A stretch of DNA of 64,000 bases from a virus (taxonomy: Duplodnaviria > Caudoviricetes). A model generated the notes under the pieces. It was not told where the DNA came from. It saw only the letters and a program-made list of their open reading frames with translations, and ran no database searches. The DNA lies in IMG/VR virus record IMGVR_UViG_2721755344_000002, positions 50,308 to 114,307 of that record; one strand, written 5' to 3'. This document shows, piece by piece, positions 44,436 through 54,549 of the stretch (within the stretch, counting starts at the first letter, position 1; each line of letters starts with the position of its first letter). Made by a program: the position numbers and the translations under genes.

Positions 44436-46272
44436 ATTTTGACTTAAAATAGTCCAAATGAGTTAAAACAAAAATGCTTTCCCTTTTAGGAAGCTGTAAT
44501 TCCATATTTAACTGTTCTCCGTAAATCATGGATTTCAAAACCTGTATTACACGATCGCAAATCTCTTCATCAAGTCGTTCAAAAACCTCATCGAGAACAA
44601 GAATAGAAAATCGTTTAGACGACCGGCTACTTGCAAGATCGCCCAGAACAAACATCACAATTACATCAATAACTCTCTTTTCACCTCCCGAGTTACCGTC
44701 ATAAACCTCGGCACCGATTTTATTGAAAGCCATAACATCAAATTTTTCTGCTAAATCCCCCTTCTTCAACTTAGTTTGAGCCGAAAACTTAATATCAAAT
44801 TTATTATCAAACAAAGAAGAATAAGTGGAAGCCCAGCCATTCATTTGAGGAATCATAGATTCTATTATTAAAGATTTAACACCCGCATTGGAAAAACCGG
44901 AAACCCAAAAAGCATAATATTTAATTTCCTCTTGCAGACAAGATAATTTTTCTTCTTCCTCGCTTTTTTCCAAAATAAAATTTGCTAAATCTTCTCTTAT
45001 TTTATCTGCATTATGCGGATTCTCTGCCAAACTTAATCTAGTAATTTCATTTTCCAACGCCTGTCTCGTAGTAGAAATGCGAACATTCTCAATTTTAGCT
45101 AAATTAAATCTCTTTTCTAAATCATTCTTTACCTTTATTAATTCGTCAGCTTGCGTAAGTAATTTTACCAACTCTTCTTTCCTATTAAACATATCGAAAT
45201 ACTGTTTGTTCAAATCCTTCAACTTTTCTTCTAACTGATTCTTTTCCTCTATAAGTTTGGATTTCTCATTTTCTAAGTGATCTTTGTGCGTTTCAGCAAA
45301 TTCTTCTTTTATTTCTTGTCCGCAACTCGAGCAAGTCGTCCCTATTTTATCCTTTATACTATAAATGCTATCAGTCAGAAGTTCTATATCCGCTTTCTTA
45401 TAAGTTATCTTCCCCTCCTGCTGCCCTTTTTCCAAATTTAAACGTAATAAATCGTCCTGTATAGTAGTTAAGTCATCGGGTATTTGTTCGTTGATTTCAG
45501 AAATCTTTTTATCCAAAATTGAAATTTCATCTTCTATTTGTTGGGTATCTAATACTTTAAGACTACCTAATTCTTCTCTTAGTTTTTGAATATTCTCTTC
45601 TCTGAAGAATTCAAAATCTTTAAATTTCTTTTCTTGTTCTACTATCTCATCCTCCTTCATCTGGATTCGTGTATTTTTAGTACCAATAGCAACCTCTATC
45701 TTAATTTGTTCCTTCTCCAAGTCAGATAAATCTTTTTTAGCAGCATCCCAGGCTTCTGGTATCCAAGTAATGCCGAGTAACCTATCCACCACTTTCTTCT
45801 GCTCCGAATCTGTTAATCCAGAAAAATACTTAGCCATACTTTGACCAAAAACTACACTGTTGGTAAAAGCCGTAAAGTCCATATCAAGATACTTTACTAT
45901 CAAATCTCTTGTATGATCATTCGTGGAACCCAACCTTGGCTTGCCATTTATTTTAAAAAATACATTATCTTTATACTTACTGTGCTTACGATAACTGTCT
46001 ATCTCTATCAAATCATCGTCCGAACTAATCATTTTCAATCCCACATATGAGTTTCTACCGAAAAACCTGTTTACTACATCGTCTTTAGACACTCCTCTTG
46101 TGGTTTTACCATAGATACCATAGCAAAGAGCGTCTACAAAACAAGCACTCTTTCCACTACCGTTAAGTCCTTCAACAAGAACCAAACCTCGATTCCCAAG
46201 ATTAAGAGTAGTCTTAGATTTAACAGATAGGAAATTCTCCATCTCCAAACTAATTATTCTTATGGTATCCAT
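44374..46272 (-). CDS. SbcC/Rad50/gp46-like recombination ATPase
   Basis: GLNGSGKS, coiled coil with CSSC zinc hook, SGGEKR signature, LVLDEVF, LTH. Confidence 0.93.
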   Translation of the reverse strand: MDTIRIISLEMENFLSVKSKTTLNLGNRGLVLVEGLNGSGKSACFVDALCYGIYGKTTRGVSKDDVVNRFFGRNSYVGLKMISSDDDLIEIDSYRKHSKYKDNVFFKINGKPRLGSTNDHTRDLIVKYLDMDFTAFTNSVVFGQSMAKYFSGLTDSEQKKVVDRLLGITWIPEAWDAAKKDLSDLEKEQIKIEVAIGTKNTRIQMKEDEIVEQEKKFKDFEFFREENIQKLREELGSLKVLDTQQIEDEISILDKKISEINEQIPDDLTTIQDDLLRLNLEKGQQEGKITYKKADIELLTDSIYSIKDKIGTTCSSCGQEIKEEFAETHKDHLENEKSKLIEEKNQLEEKLKDLNKQYFDMFNRKEELVKLLTQADELIKVKNDLEKRFNLAKIENVRISTTRQALENEITRLSLAENPHNADKIREDLANFILEKSEEEEKLSCLQEEIKYYAFWVSGFSNAGVKSLIIESMIPQMNGWASTYSSLFDNKFDIKFSAQTKLKKGDLAEKFDVMAFNKIGAEVYDGNSGGEKRVIDVIVMFVLGDLASSRSSKRFSILVLDEVFERLDEEICDRVIQVLKSMIYGEQLNMELQLPKRESIFVLTHLDYFKSKFENRIQTRKENDETRIYDGG

Positions 46273-46955
46273 TCATCATCTTCCGTATCCGACCCACTAT
46301 CCCTCCGTTCCTGAGAAGCCTCACTCGGCGTCCTTACCCTGGAAATGGCGGCAATGCTGATATCATCTTCCGTATCCCCACGATATCCATCGGAGCCAGA
46401 TGAGCCACGATATCCATCGTAACCAGATGACCCTCTTGAAGAGGGAATTGTTACATCTTGGGGTGAAACTGATTCTCTTTCCCGAACATAGTTTCTAAGA
46501 TCACTAAGTATATCAGAAACCCGACCAGGATGTCCTGCGTTTCCTATTTCTTCCGCGGGCGCGGGTCTGATTAATCTTTTCTTTCTCCTAAGTACTTCTG
46601 CTAAATCAATATAATCCCCAAAAAATTTATCGGATAGAGCCATCAAAGTCTTATCCGAACTGTGGCGCTTCCTAATACACTCATACATATCTTTTAAATC
46701 ATCTGGACTGAGAAATTCAAAAATCTCCAAGAGAACATAAGGAGGTCTTATCACATCTATAAAAACCCTCTCGCAAATTTCGACTATTTGGTCCACATAT
46801 TCAATATCAAACTCCCAAATCTTTTTCTCCTTATCAAAAAAGCGGGGATAATTTTTGATAAGCTGATTAAAGTTTGAATTGTAAGGAGCTGAAAGCATCA
46901 ACTTCTTCTTATCAGGATCAATCCAAATTTTAGCGCACGGTTTAGGCAATGCCAT
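46260..46955 (-). CDS. hypothetical protein, N-terminal HARP-like domain and disordered acidic tail
   Basis: PYN..F...IK....FD...KIW pattern; KKRLIRP before the tail. Confidence 0.65.
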   Translation of the reverse strand: MALPKPCAKIWIDPDKKKLMLSAPYNSNFNQLIKNYPRFFDKEKKIWEFDIEYVDQIVEICERVFIDVIRPPYVLLEIFEFLSPDDLKDMYECIRKRHSSDKTLMALSDKFFGDYIDLAEVLRRKKRLIRPAPAEEIGNAGHPGRVSDILSDLRNYVRERESVSPQDVTIPSSRGSSGYDGYRGSSGSDGYRGDTEDDISIAAISRVRTPSEASQERRDSGSDTEDDEWIP

Positions 46956-46962
46956 TTCATCC

Positions 46963-47343
46963 TCATTTACTTTTTACAGACGCTTTTCTTAGGTTGTTAA
47001 TAGGGATATTGGGAGATTTTACCAATTTCCAACCGGATTTAATTGATGGTAAATCATTACTAAATTGATATTTTAATCCCAAATAATCTAAAATCATATA
47101 TAACAATTCCCTAGTTGAGGGTCTTGACTCAGACGGGAGCACGTAGGATACGTCACCCCATAAAAGATCCTTCTTTAAAGTAGAAATATCTATTCCTATT
47201 CTAGCAATCTTTTCCTCTAAATCTTGTATTCGCTTCTTTTTATTAAACATATTCTCTATCCTTTCTACAACGAAGTCGCAATTAATGCCACAAGTTGACC
47301 AAGAATAATTGCCCACAATCCTCCCTTTTCTAATGTATCCCAT
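46963..47343 (-). CDS. hypothetical protein
   Basis: likely start MFNKKK. Confidence 0.55.
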   Translation of the reverse strand: MGYIRKGRIVGNYSWSTCGINCDFVVERIENMFNKKKRIQDLEEKIARIGIDISTLKKDLLWGDVSYVLPSESRPSTRELLYMILDYLGLKYQFSNDLPSIKSGWKLVKSPNIPINNLRKASVKSK

Positions 47344-47804
47344 CTTTTATCAGACAAGCGTTTATTTTCGGTGTCCATCCAAAATTGCTTGTATAACTCT
47401 TTAGCTAGCTCTTCGTCAATAACTAATTGAACATGAGCATTATTAAGGTCTATTTGGATATTTACTAACCTTACCAACGCTGGAACTACTTCTTTATAAT
47501 ATGAAATACGCAACACAATCTTATCGTGTTCCTTAGCTGTATAACATATCAGCTCTCCCTCTTCCTTCGGAACCACCTTATAAAAATTCCCAGGTAGATT
47601 CACTCCATCCGCCTTTGCTAAAAAGATAGCTTTGGGAGGTTCTGTTCCAGCAAACGGGTCCGATGGTAGCTCGTAATGCTTCTGCTTCTGTAAAGATCGC
47701 TCCATAGTAACCTTTGGAGGTTCGTAAGTCATGTGAGCACAACCAACACAAAAAACTAACAAAAGAATCAACATAATAATTTTTTTCATAATTCCTCCTA
47801 CCAA
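47265..47804 (-). CDS. lipoprotein with C-terminal hydrophobic helix (spanin-like)
   Basis: MKKII...CVG-C lipobox; ends GLWAIILGQLVALIATSL. Confidence 0.55.
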   Translation of the reverse strand: MVGGIMKKIIMLILLLVFCVGCAHMTYEPPKVTMERSLQKQKHYELPSDPFAGTEPPKAIFLAKADGVNLPGNFYKVVPKEEGELICYTAKEHDKIVLRISYYKEVVPALVRLVNIQIDLNNAHVQLVIDEELAKELYKQFWMDTENKRLSDKRWDTLEKGGLWAIILGQLVALIATSL

Positions 47805-48178
47805 ACTTTGTCAAGATCGTCTTTACTTCGTCCTGCGTCCCCTGGCTCGGGTTTGTCTGGCTTTTCCTTTAGTTTATCCACTTTCTCCTTGTATTTCTCT
47901 GTTATCGAAATAATTTCATTCTCAACTTCTTCTCGCTCTTTCTCCAATTCCCGAATTTTTCTTAAATCTTCCTGAGTCTTATTCTCTCTCGCATTAACTT
48001 CGGCTAATTTATCATCTATATCTCTTATCTTCCTATTTTTCCCTTTTGACGAAATAATAACCATAATAATTCCAATAATGACCAGAATCAACCATCCTAT
48101 CTTTTTAGTCCAAAACCAAATCTTCTTCAAAATAGCCCATATCCCACCTGTAGCTGGAGTTGTAATTGTATCTGCCAT
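47798..48178 (-). CDS. type II membrane coiled-coil protein (i-spanin-like)
   Basis: N-terminal TM then charged heptads. Confidence 0.5.
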   Translation of the reverse strand: MADTITTPATGGIWAILKKIWFWTKKIGWLILVIIGIIMVIISSKGKNRKIRDIDDKLAEVNARENKTQEDLRKIRELEKEREEVENEIISITEKYKEKVDKLKEKPDKPEPGDAGRSKDDLDKVW

Positions 48179-48187
48179 ATTTTCCTC

Positions 48188-49216
48188 CTATTCTGCTCTA
48201 GCAGAAATATCCAAACCTATTTTAAGAAGTTTCTCTCTGTCTAATTTGGGTTTGGAAAAAATAATAAATCTCTCTAATTGTTGCTTTTTAGACATAGCAA
48301 TAGCTATATCAGTCCTCGTAATAGTTTCGATAGTATCTTTTTTATCTACCCGAATATGCTTGTAAGCAGAAACTAAAGCATCTTTATCCAAATCTTTTTG
48401 CCCTATCACCCACAAAAAATCAATATCCTTTCTGTATTCCTGCGGAACAACTAATTCTTTGCCTTCCTCAATCTCGATTTTAAAAAACTTCGGAGCTTGA
48501 GTTTCAATATGAACCAAATTGAGCGTCTCCGTATCGAAAAGAAGGTATCCTTTTTTATCATTTCTTTCTCCAAAATCTCTTTGTAACGGACTCCCCACTA
48601 TAACAAAATTACTAAGCATCTCTTGGTGTTTATGATAATGCCCATTAAAAACATAGTCAAAACATTCAGGGTGAAAAGCATCTAAAGAAAATTCCTCCCT
48701 TAACATTATATCTCTTGGACCAACCTTAGCACCTGACACACCTTGATGAGTGAATAAAAACCTTTTTCTTCCACTAAGCAAGGGTAGAACCTCTTCTAAT
48801 TTGGAAGCAAAATTATATCTTGTATAAGGAATAAATACAAGGTCAATATCTTCATACCTTTGCAAACACGGTTTATCCACAACTAAAACATTATCAATTT
48901 CTTTGAAAGGCTCTAACAAATGCGATGTTTCCGTTCTATCCACCCAGTCGTGGTTTCCAACTATTAAAATAACAACTGCCTTTCTTGCTATTCTAGCAAT
49001 CTTATCATAGACTGCAAGAAACACAGTTTTGTTTATCTTCTCGGAAAGAGTTTCAAACAAATCTCCATTGTGGATCATAATATCTGCATTGCGACTGGAT
49101 ATTTCATCCATCACGTTTAATTGGTCTGCGAACCTGCTATTCAAACCGTTGGGCAATATCTCTGAAAACTCCCTCCAGTCATTATATTGATGATCGCTCC
49201 AAATTAAAAAGTTCAC
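48188..49216 (-). CDS. SbcD/Mre11/gp47-like metallophosphoesterase nuclease
   Basis: SDHQ, NGDLF, VGNHD, THQ, GHYH, GSP.Q.DFGE. Confidence 0.92.
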   Translation of the reverse strand: MNFLIWSDHQYNDWREFSEILPNGLNSRFADQLNVMDEISSRNADIMIHNGDLFETLSEKINKTVFLAVYDKIARIARKAVVILIVGNHDWVDRTETSHLLEPFKEIDNVLVVDKPCLQRYEDIDLVFIPYTRYNFASKLEEVLPLLSGRKRFLFTHQGVSGAKVGPRDIMLREEFSLDAFHPECFDYVFNGHYHKHQEMLSNFVIVGSPLQRDFGERNDKKGYLLFDTETLNLVHIETQAPKFFKIEIEEGKELVVPQEYRKDIDFLWVIGQKDLDKDALVSAYKHIRVDKKDTIETITRTDIAIAMSKKQQLERFIIFSKPKLDREKLLKIGLDISARAE

Positions 49217-50208
49217 TCCGCTACCTCTTGATCTTCTTCGTCTTTCTTCTTCTCCAAAATTTTGAATCCTTCGGAAGTAATACTTAAATCAATATACGTA
49301 GGCAAAAGAATTTGATTTCCGTCGTCGTCGAATAATGTCTTTGCGTAATGATTCTTATTCGTAAACCAACGGACTTTAGCCCCAGCCCTTACTTTTATTT
49401 TATTCCGCGTAACATCAACCCACCCAAGTCTTCTGGATTGGAGTATTAAGGTAGAAAAGAAATTCAAAGCTTTTCCGCCTGCGTTAGTCTGTCCCACAGA
49501 CCCAATATTTGCATAAGTATAATTGACTATCAGAATAGCCACATTCTTCTGGAGTTTGGCAATCATTTTATTGATTCCCATTCGATTTGTCTTTGCACTT
49601 CCACCTGGTTTCTGCGAATCCTTAGTCATATCAATAGCTGAGTCACGCTGAGAAATAGTATTTCCATAAGAATCAAATACTAATAGAAGTTTCTCGTTAG
49701 GATAATCTTTAAAGAATTGATCCCAACATTTAAAAGCTCCATCATAGGCTTCTTCTGCAACACTTGTTGCTATTGACATAACTCCATCTGGGTCAATCCC
49801 TTTAGTTATAAGATCCGTCCTTCCTGTTTTCTTTTCGGTTTCCACATAGATAATACCAAATCCCTGTTGCTGTGCTCGCAACATAGCTTCCAAAGCTAAC
49901 GAGGTCTTGCCTGTATCAGCATCGCCAGCAATCTGCACTATTTTTCCGAACTCAATCCCTGGAACCCCAAAATATTCTTTCCACCAGTCCGGCATTACTA
50001 TAAAATCTCTTAAATCTTTACTAGCTGGTGATAAAGTAGAACCTAATCCAAATTGTTTAGCTCTTCCGTCTTTATCGTCTTTCTCCATAGATTTTTTTAT
50101 CTTGTCTATAGTAGAAGAAAAATCAAATTTACTATTTTTAGGTTCCATATCCACACTAGCCATACCAGTTGACGTAGATGCGGAAGAGTCAATTTGTTTT
50201 TTTACCAT
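49213..50208 (-). CDS. RecA/UvsX-like recombinase
   Basis: GKIVQIAGDADTGKT, YVETE, LVFDS, GGKALNFFS. Confidence 0.9.
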   Translation of the reverse strand: MVKKQIDSSASTSTGMASVDMEPKNSKFDFSSTIDKIKKSMEKDDKDGRAKQFGLGSTLSPASKDLRDFIVMPDWWKEYFGVPGIEFGKIVQIAGDADTGKTSLALEAMLRAQQQGFGIIYVETEKKTGRTDLITKGIDPDGVMSIATSVAEEAYDGAFKCWDQFFKDYPNEKLLLVFDSYGNTISQRDSAIDMTKDSQKPGGSAKTNRMGINKMIAKLQKNVAILIVNYTYANIGSVGQTNAGGKALNFFSTLILQSRRLGWVDVTRNKIKVRAGAKVRWFTNKNHYAKTLFDDDGNQILLPTYIDLSITSEGFKILEKKKDEEDQEVAE

Positions 50209-50597
50209 TATCTGTCCTCCCTAGAGAATCCACGGTACATTATATGTGCATTCTCAAATATCTTAATATGTCCTTTTACCCACTCTCGCAAAGCATCTAA
50301 TTCTTCAAACGATTCTCTAATAGAAGCGTACTCCTCATCGGTAGCAATATTAATCTTCCTCTCCGTAATATTTTTTCCGGCAACTCGATTAATCTTATTT
50401 GCGAATGTGGCATCCTTTAAAGAAGAACGCTTCGCTAATTCTCCGTCGATCTGTCTGAGATACTCGATCAACACAGCCTCAACTACCAAAAAATTAGCAG
50501 CTCTTTCCTTCGATTCTGCTAACCCTTCAGACGTAACTGTTATAAGCTCGAGTTGCTTATTTACTTCATCAAAAACCTCATCGAAGCAGTCTATCAT
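50208..50597 (-). CDS. UvsY-like recombination mediator
   Basis: helical ~130 aa, ITE...I..DEEY, located between SSB and recombinase. Confidence 0.5.
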   Translation of the reverse strand: MIDCFDEVFDEVNKQLELITVTSEGLAESKERAANFLVVEAVLIEYLRQIDGELAKRSSLKDATFANKINRVAGKNITERKINIATDEEYASIRESFEELDALREWVKGHIKIFENAHIMYRGFSREDR

Positions 50598-51406
50598 TTC
50601 TTAGCTCTGTCTGCTCTTAGTTTATTTAATAGAGCGTTTACATCCTTTTCTTGACCTATTGCTTTAGGTTCTGCTTTAGGTTTAGTTTCTGGTTTAGGTT
50701 CTGGTTTAGGTTCTGGTTTAGGTTTCCCTTGCTGAAGCTTTCCAAGGTCTTCTTCTGATGGAAGTTCTCCATACTCAAGAATATACTCAATTTCCTCAAC
50801 CGACTTAGTTTTTACTAATGTATCTAAATCAACTAATTGCTCAAGCCATTCAATATCTGCAATTTGCGAACGGTCTGGATCTGGTTGGACGGAATATTCA
50901 TTCCAGCCTTTCTTAGATTCTTTAGCTTCGGTAAAAATAATATCCAGGTTTCTGCCGGTTTCTGGATGGCTTATGTCCCCCCATTTATCCGCATTACCAA
51001 TAAACCTCATCAGATCTCCCAGTACAGTAATGCCAGACTGCCAAACCTGAACCCCCTTGGATACCTCGTTCATATCCACAATATTATACAAAACTTTGGT
51101 TTGCTTTCTTATCAGTTTAGCAAACTCTGTGTCCTCTTTAACTTTGGTTCTGTAAAGAAAATTGATTTTCTCGCATACAGGACACCTACTATATCCTTCT
51201 TCTTCCAAACAAGTGACCCACAGCTCTTGATTCTTCCCAAGCTTCCAATGCTGGGCTGTCTTGCGAAAGAAATCGACTGACAAATCCAAAGTCCAACTCG
51301 GGAGAATACGAATAGTATTTGGCCCTGGCTTTGGATTCCAAAAATCCTTTCTTCCTTTCTTACTGCGAATTTCTGATAAAATCCTGTTAGCTCTTTCTGC
51401 ATCCAT
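50594..51406 (-). CDS. gp32-like single-stranded DNA-binding protein
   Basis: GPNTIRILP, HW, CPVC, DISHPETGR, Y.V; KPEP linker. Confidence 0.8.
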   Translation of the reverse strand: MDAERANRILSEIRSKKGRKDFWNPKPGPNTIRILPSWTLDLSVDFFRKTAQHWKLGKNQELWVTCLEEEGYSRCPVCEKINFLYRTKVKEDTEFAKLIRKQTKVLYNIVDMNEVSKGVQVWQSGITVLGDLMRFIGNADKWGDISHPETGRNLDIIFTEAKESKKGWNEYSVQPDPDRSQIADIEWLEQLVDLDTLVKTKSVEEIEYILEYGELPSEEDLGKLQQGKPKPEPKPEPKPETKPKAEPKAIGQEKDVNALLNKLRADRAKK

Positions 51407-51432
51407 AAAAAATCCTCCTTTTTAGTTTAATG

Positions 51433-51942
51433 TTAATTTTCTTCAGTAGTTGCTTCCTCTCCACTACGAGGTCTAATCCTTCGTCGCCGTACTGGAGTCT
51501 GGGATACAATAAGTTTATCCGGTGGGTGTTCGATAAGAGCTCCCAACTCTATTCGCTTGCTTTCGTGACGCTGTAAAATTTCTGGAAATTCTTCAATAGG
51601 ATGATCAAGAATAATCCATTTCTGAGCACCTGTATTTGTTATAAGTACCCCGCAGTGGCATAATTCGTGATCTACCAAAATTTCTTTCTGGGGAGAAGAT
51701 AATCTATCCCACTCAGGTTTAGCAATAATAATAATAAAGTCCTCTCGCTCTGCCGAAAGAAATTTATCTATCTCCGACCTCTTGGACGCCTTTCCTAAAA
51801 TTACTCTCTGCGAAGTAGTCTTCCAAGCTCTATCTCTGAAAAGATAAGCAAGTCTCGCATTGCCATCCACTAAATGACGGTGAAATCTAGGAAGTAAATT
51901 TCTTGCAATATCCGCTACTTCTGGAGCTCGTTCAAATTCCAT
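51433..51942 (-). CDS. phage putative metallopeptidase
   Basis: DFIIII...W..L...LVDHELCH, HPIEEF. Confidence 0.8.
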   Translation of the reverse strand: MEFERAPEVADIARNLLPRFHRHLVDGNARLAYLFRDRAWKTTSQRVILGKASKRSEIDKFLSAEREDFIIIIAKPEWDRLSSPQKEILVDHELCHCGVLITNTGAQKWIILDHPIEEFPEILQRHESKRIELGALIEHPPDKLIVSQTPVRRRRIRPRSGEEATTEEN

Positions 51943-51968
51943 ATACCCTCCTTTTTATTTTCATACTT

Positions 51969-51993
51969 ATATAATAACACTATTTCTAAAATT
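51969..51993 (-). promoter_or_regulatory. class II promoter-like motif
   Basis: AATTTTAGAAATAGTGTTATTA. Confidence 0.5.
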
Positions 51994-54549
51994 CTATCCT
52001 TTCGCTTCAGCGAGATTATTTCCTGCATGAACGTCTACTTTCAACGGAATACCAATCATCCAGGGGTATTGAAAACTTTCCATAATATTTTTAGTCAGTA
52101 TCATTCCAATTTCCACTTCTTCGGGGGGAGTATCAAATGCAAGAGCATCATGTATTGTTAAAATAGGATGCATTATCAATTCCTCTTTTACCAATCTTTT
52201 TTCCATCTCAACCAAAGCCATCACACAAATATCTGATGCAGTTCCTTGAATTGGACTATTTATCGCTCTACGTTCGTTCTTATTTCTGTCAGGGCCACCC
52301 TTAATAATAATTCTCCTACCAAATAAAGTTTCAACATATCCTTTTGTCCTCCAATCTTGTATCGTCTTATTCATATATTCTTTAACACCATCGAATATAT
52401 TTAAGTACTCGTCTATAAAAGTACTAGCTCTTCTAGTATCCAATTCACGATGAATACCACTTCCAGTATACCATCCTAATTGTTCAGCCAGTCCTATCTC
52501 CGTCATTCCGTAAACAATTCCGAAATTAACACTCTTAGATTCATCTCTCATTCTTTTTACTTGAGGATCCTTAGCTTCGTAACGACTAAGAGCCGTCTCA
52601 TAAGAAAGACCATTTATAGTAGCTGCAGTAGCTAAATGGATATCCCTATTTTGCATAAATGCCTCAATCATTTTTCTATCTCTACTCGCGGCCGCCAATA
52701 CGCGTAATTCAATTTGCGAATAATCCCCAAGTATTATTTTTCCGCCCTCGTAAGAACTAATAAAAAGTCTCAAAATTTCTGAACCTTCTCTAACAGGAAT
52801 ATTTTGAAGATTGGGATTCTCCATAGACAATCTACCTGTCAACGTAATATCCTGCCGAATATTTCCGTGAATCTTACCATCATATTTTATATGGCCTTTA
52901 TCGTAATAAGGAGAGATATATGTATTGAGTTTCTTAATCAATCCCTTCCATTCCAGCAAATCTTTAATAAAAGGATGCTGGTGCTTCATCTCTAATTCTT
53001 TAAGAACCTTTTTATCAACTGCGTACCCTAAAGTAGTTTTTCTTTCAGGTTTGGTAAAATTGAATTTACTAAAAAGAATGGTATTTAAATCTTTATTAGA
53101 TGCTAAAACTTTATCAAACGTTTTGCCCCAGTTTTCGTCAACTTCTTTATATCCTCGCAACCGCTCAAATACATTAGCAATCCCGGATTCTAAATTTTTC
53201 TTCAAATCCTCTAAATAATCCATATCTACTTTAACACCCTGAACTTCCATATTTTTAAAAACAGGAATAGGTGCCAAAACATTTTTACGATAATAATCTA
53301 ATTGGTTACTCTTTGCTAATTCCTCTTCAAAAATCTCTGCTAACTCTAGGTTATTAATACAATCATCCATATTCATATCCGCTAATTCTTTAAGCGGAAT
53401 ATCTCCAAATTGTCGGCCATCTCGCAAAATAACTTTGTAAGAATCTGAGTTTAGATAATCAATGCTCATTCTTTCCAAAGAATGCGATGTTTTTCCCTCG
53501 AGTAAAGGATGGGCCGGAAGAGTATCAAAATCTACCGAATCAATATTAAATCCAAAATGAACTTTCAAACATTTCAAATCCCATTTAAGATTCTGTCCTC
53601 TAGGTGATAAATCCTCTTTCTCAAAAAACTCATGAAGAACAGAAAAAGTTTCTTCAAAATTCAAAGAACTTTCTTTATGCTCCAATGGAATAGAAAAAGC
53701 TTTTATAGCTCCATCTTCTAATCTTGTAGCAAATCCAATTAAAGTAATTTTAAAATCCGTAGCCCAAGGGTCTAAAGCTTTTCGTTCCTTAATCTTACCT
53801 GGAGCATCGGTTTCTATGTCTAATACAAACTTCCTCTCAGCTATCGTATCCAAAGCATCTAATACTTTTTCTTTGGTATTGCAAAGAACTTTCTCTACTC
53901 CAACTTTTTCATCCTTTATTCCGTAAAGAATTTTATAGGCACGATTCATATCTTGCCTAAATAACTTATACTCTTTGTGATCCTGTTTCAATCGAATTAC
54001 ATAAGCTGGATGGTGAGCAACAAAAAAAGTTCGACCCATCTTCTTAAAGAGCATACCTCTATACTTGGATATCATAGATTTGTTGAGAAAATATTTTAGA
54101 GGCTGTTCCCCAAGAAGAATTATTAAGGATGGATTTTTCTCTGCAATTTCTCTTTGAATAAAACTACCGCAAATTTTCATCTCCTCATTAGTAGGAGCCC
54201 TATTCTTTCCTTTATCATCTACCAATCTACAATGAACAACGTTGCTGAAGTAACAATCACTCTCTCCAAAACCGCATTCGGATAAAATCTTACGCAAAAA
54301 CCTACCACTCTTCCCCACAAAGGGACGTCCTTCAATAGCTTCCTCCTCCCCAGGACACATCCCAATAAACATAGCCCTACCAGGAAATCCTTCTCCTGGG
54401 ACTATCTTATCCCTACCTATAATACGGCACTTTTCGCAAGGAATTTCAGTAAGAAGCTGGTCGTTTTCCCGTAAACGAATTTTTCTTTTAGGCTTGCTGA
54501 CTCTCAGTTCTTCCTGAGTTACTATCCACTCCTGTTGAATCACTATCAC
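51994..54549 (-). CDS. family A DNA polymerase with N-terminal family-4 uracil-DNA glycosylase-like domain and 3'-5' exonuclease
   Basis: GMCPG.EE...GRPFVGKSG, NVVHCR, HHPAYV (UDG); DIET, NLKWD (exo); TGRLS..NPNLQNIP, DYSQIELR, KSVNFGIVYG, QGTASD, IHDAL (PolA). Confidence 0.95.
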   Translation of the reverse strand: MIVIQQEWIVTQEELRVSKPKRKIRLRENDQLLTEIPCEKCRIIGRDKIVPGEGFPGRAMFIGMCPGEEEAIEGRPFVGKSGRFLRKILSECGFGESDCYFSNVVHCRLVDDKGKNRAPTNEEMKICGSFIQREIAEKNPSLIILLGEQPLKYFLNKSMISKYRGMLFKKMGRTFFVAHHPAYVIRLKQDHKEYKLFRQDMNRAYKILYGIKDEKVGVEKVLCNTKEKVLDALDTIAERKFVLDIETDAPGKIKERKALDPWATDFKITLIGFATRLEDGAIKAFSIPLEHKESSLNFEETFSVLHEFFEKEDLSPRGQNLKWDLKCLKVHFGFNIDSVDFDTLPAHPLLEGKTSHSLERMSIDYLNSDSYKVILRDGRQFGDIPLKELADMNMDDCINNLELAEIFEEELAKSNQLDYYRKNVLAPIPVFKNMEVQGVKVDMDYLEDLKKNLESGIANVFERLRGYKEVDENWGKTFDKVLASNKDLNTILFSKFNFTKPERKTTLGYAVDKKVLKELEMKHQHPFIKDLLEWKGLIKKLNTYISPYYDKGHIKYDGKIHGNIRQDITLTGRLSMENPNLQNIPVREGSEILRLFISSYEGGKIILGDYSQIELRVLAAASRDRKMIEAFMQNRDIHLATAATINGLSYETALSRYEAKDPQVKRMRDESKSVNFGIVYGMTEIGLAEQLGWYTGSGIHRELDTRRASTFIDEYLNIFDGVKEYMNKTIQDWRTKGYVETLFGRRIIIKGGPDRNKNERRAINSPIQGTASDICVMALVEMEKRLVKEELIMHPILTIHDALAFDTPPEEVEIGMILTKNIMESFQYPWMIGIPLKVDVHAGNNLAEAKG

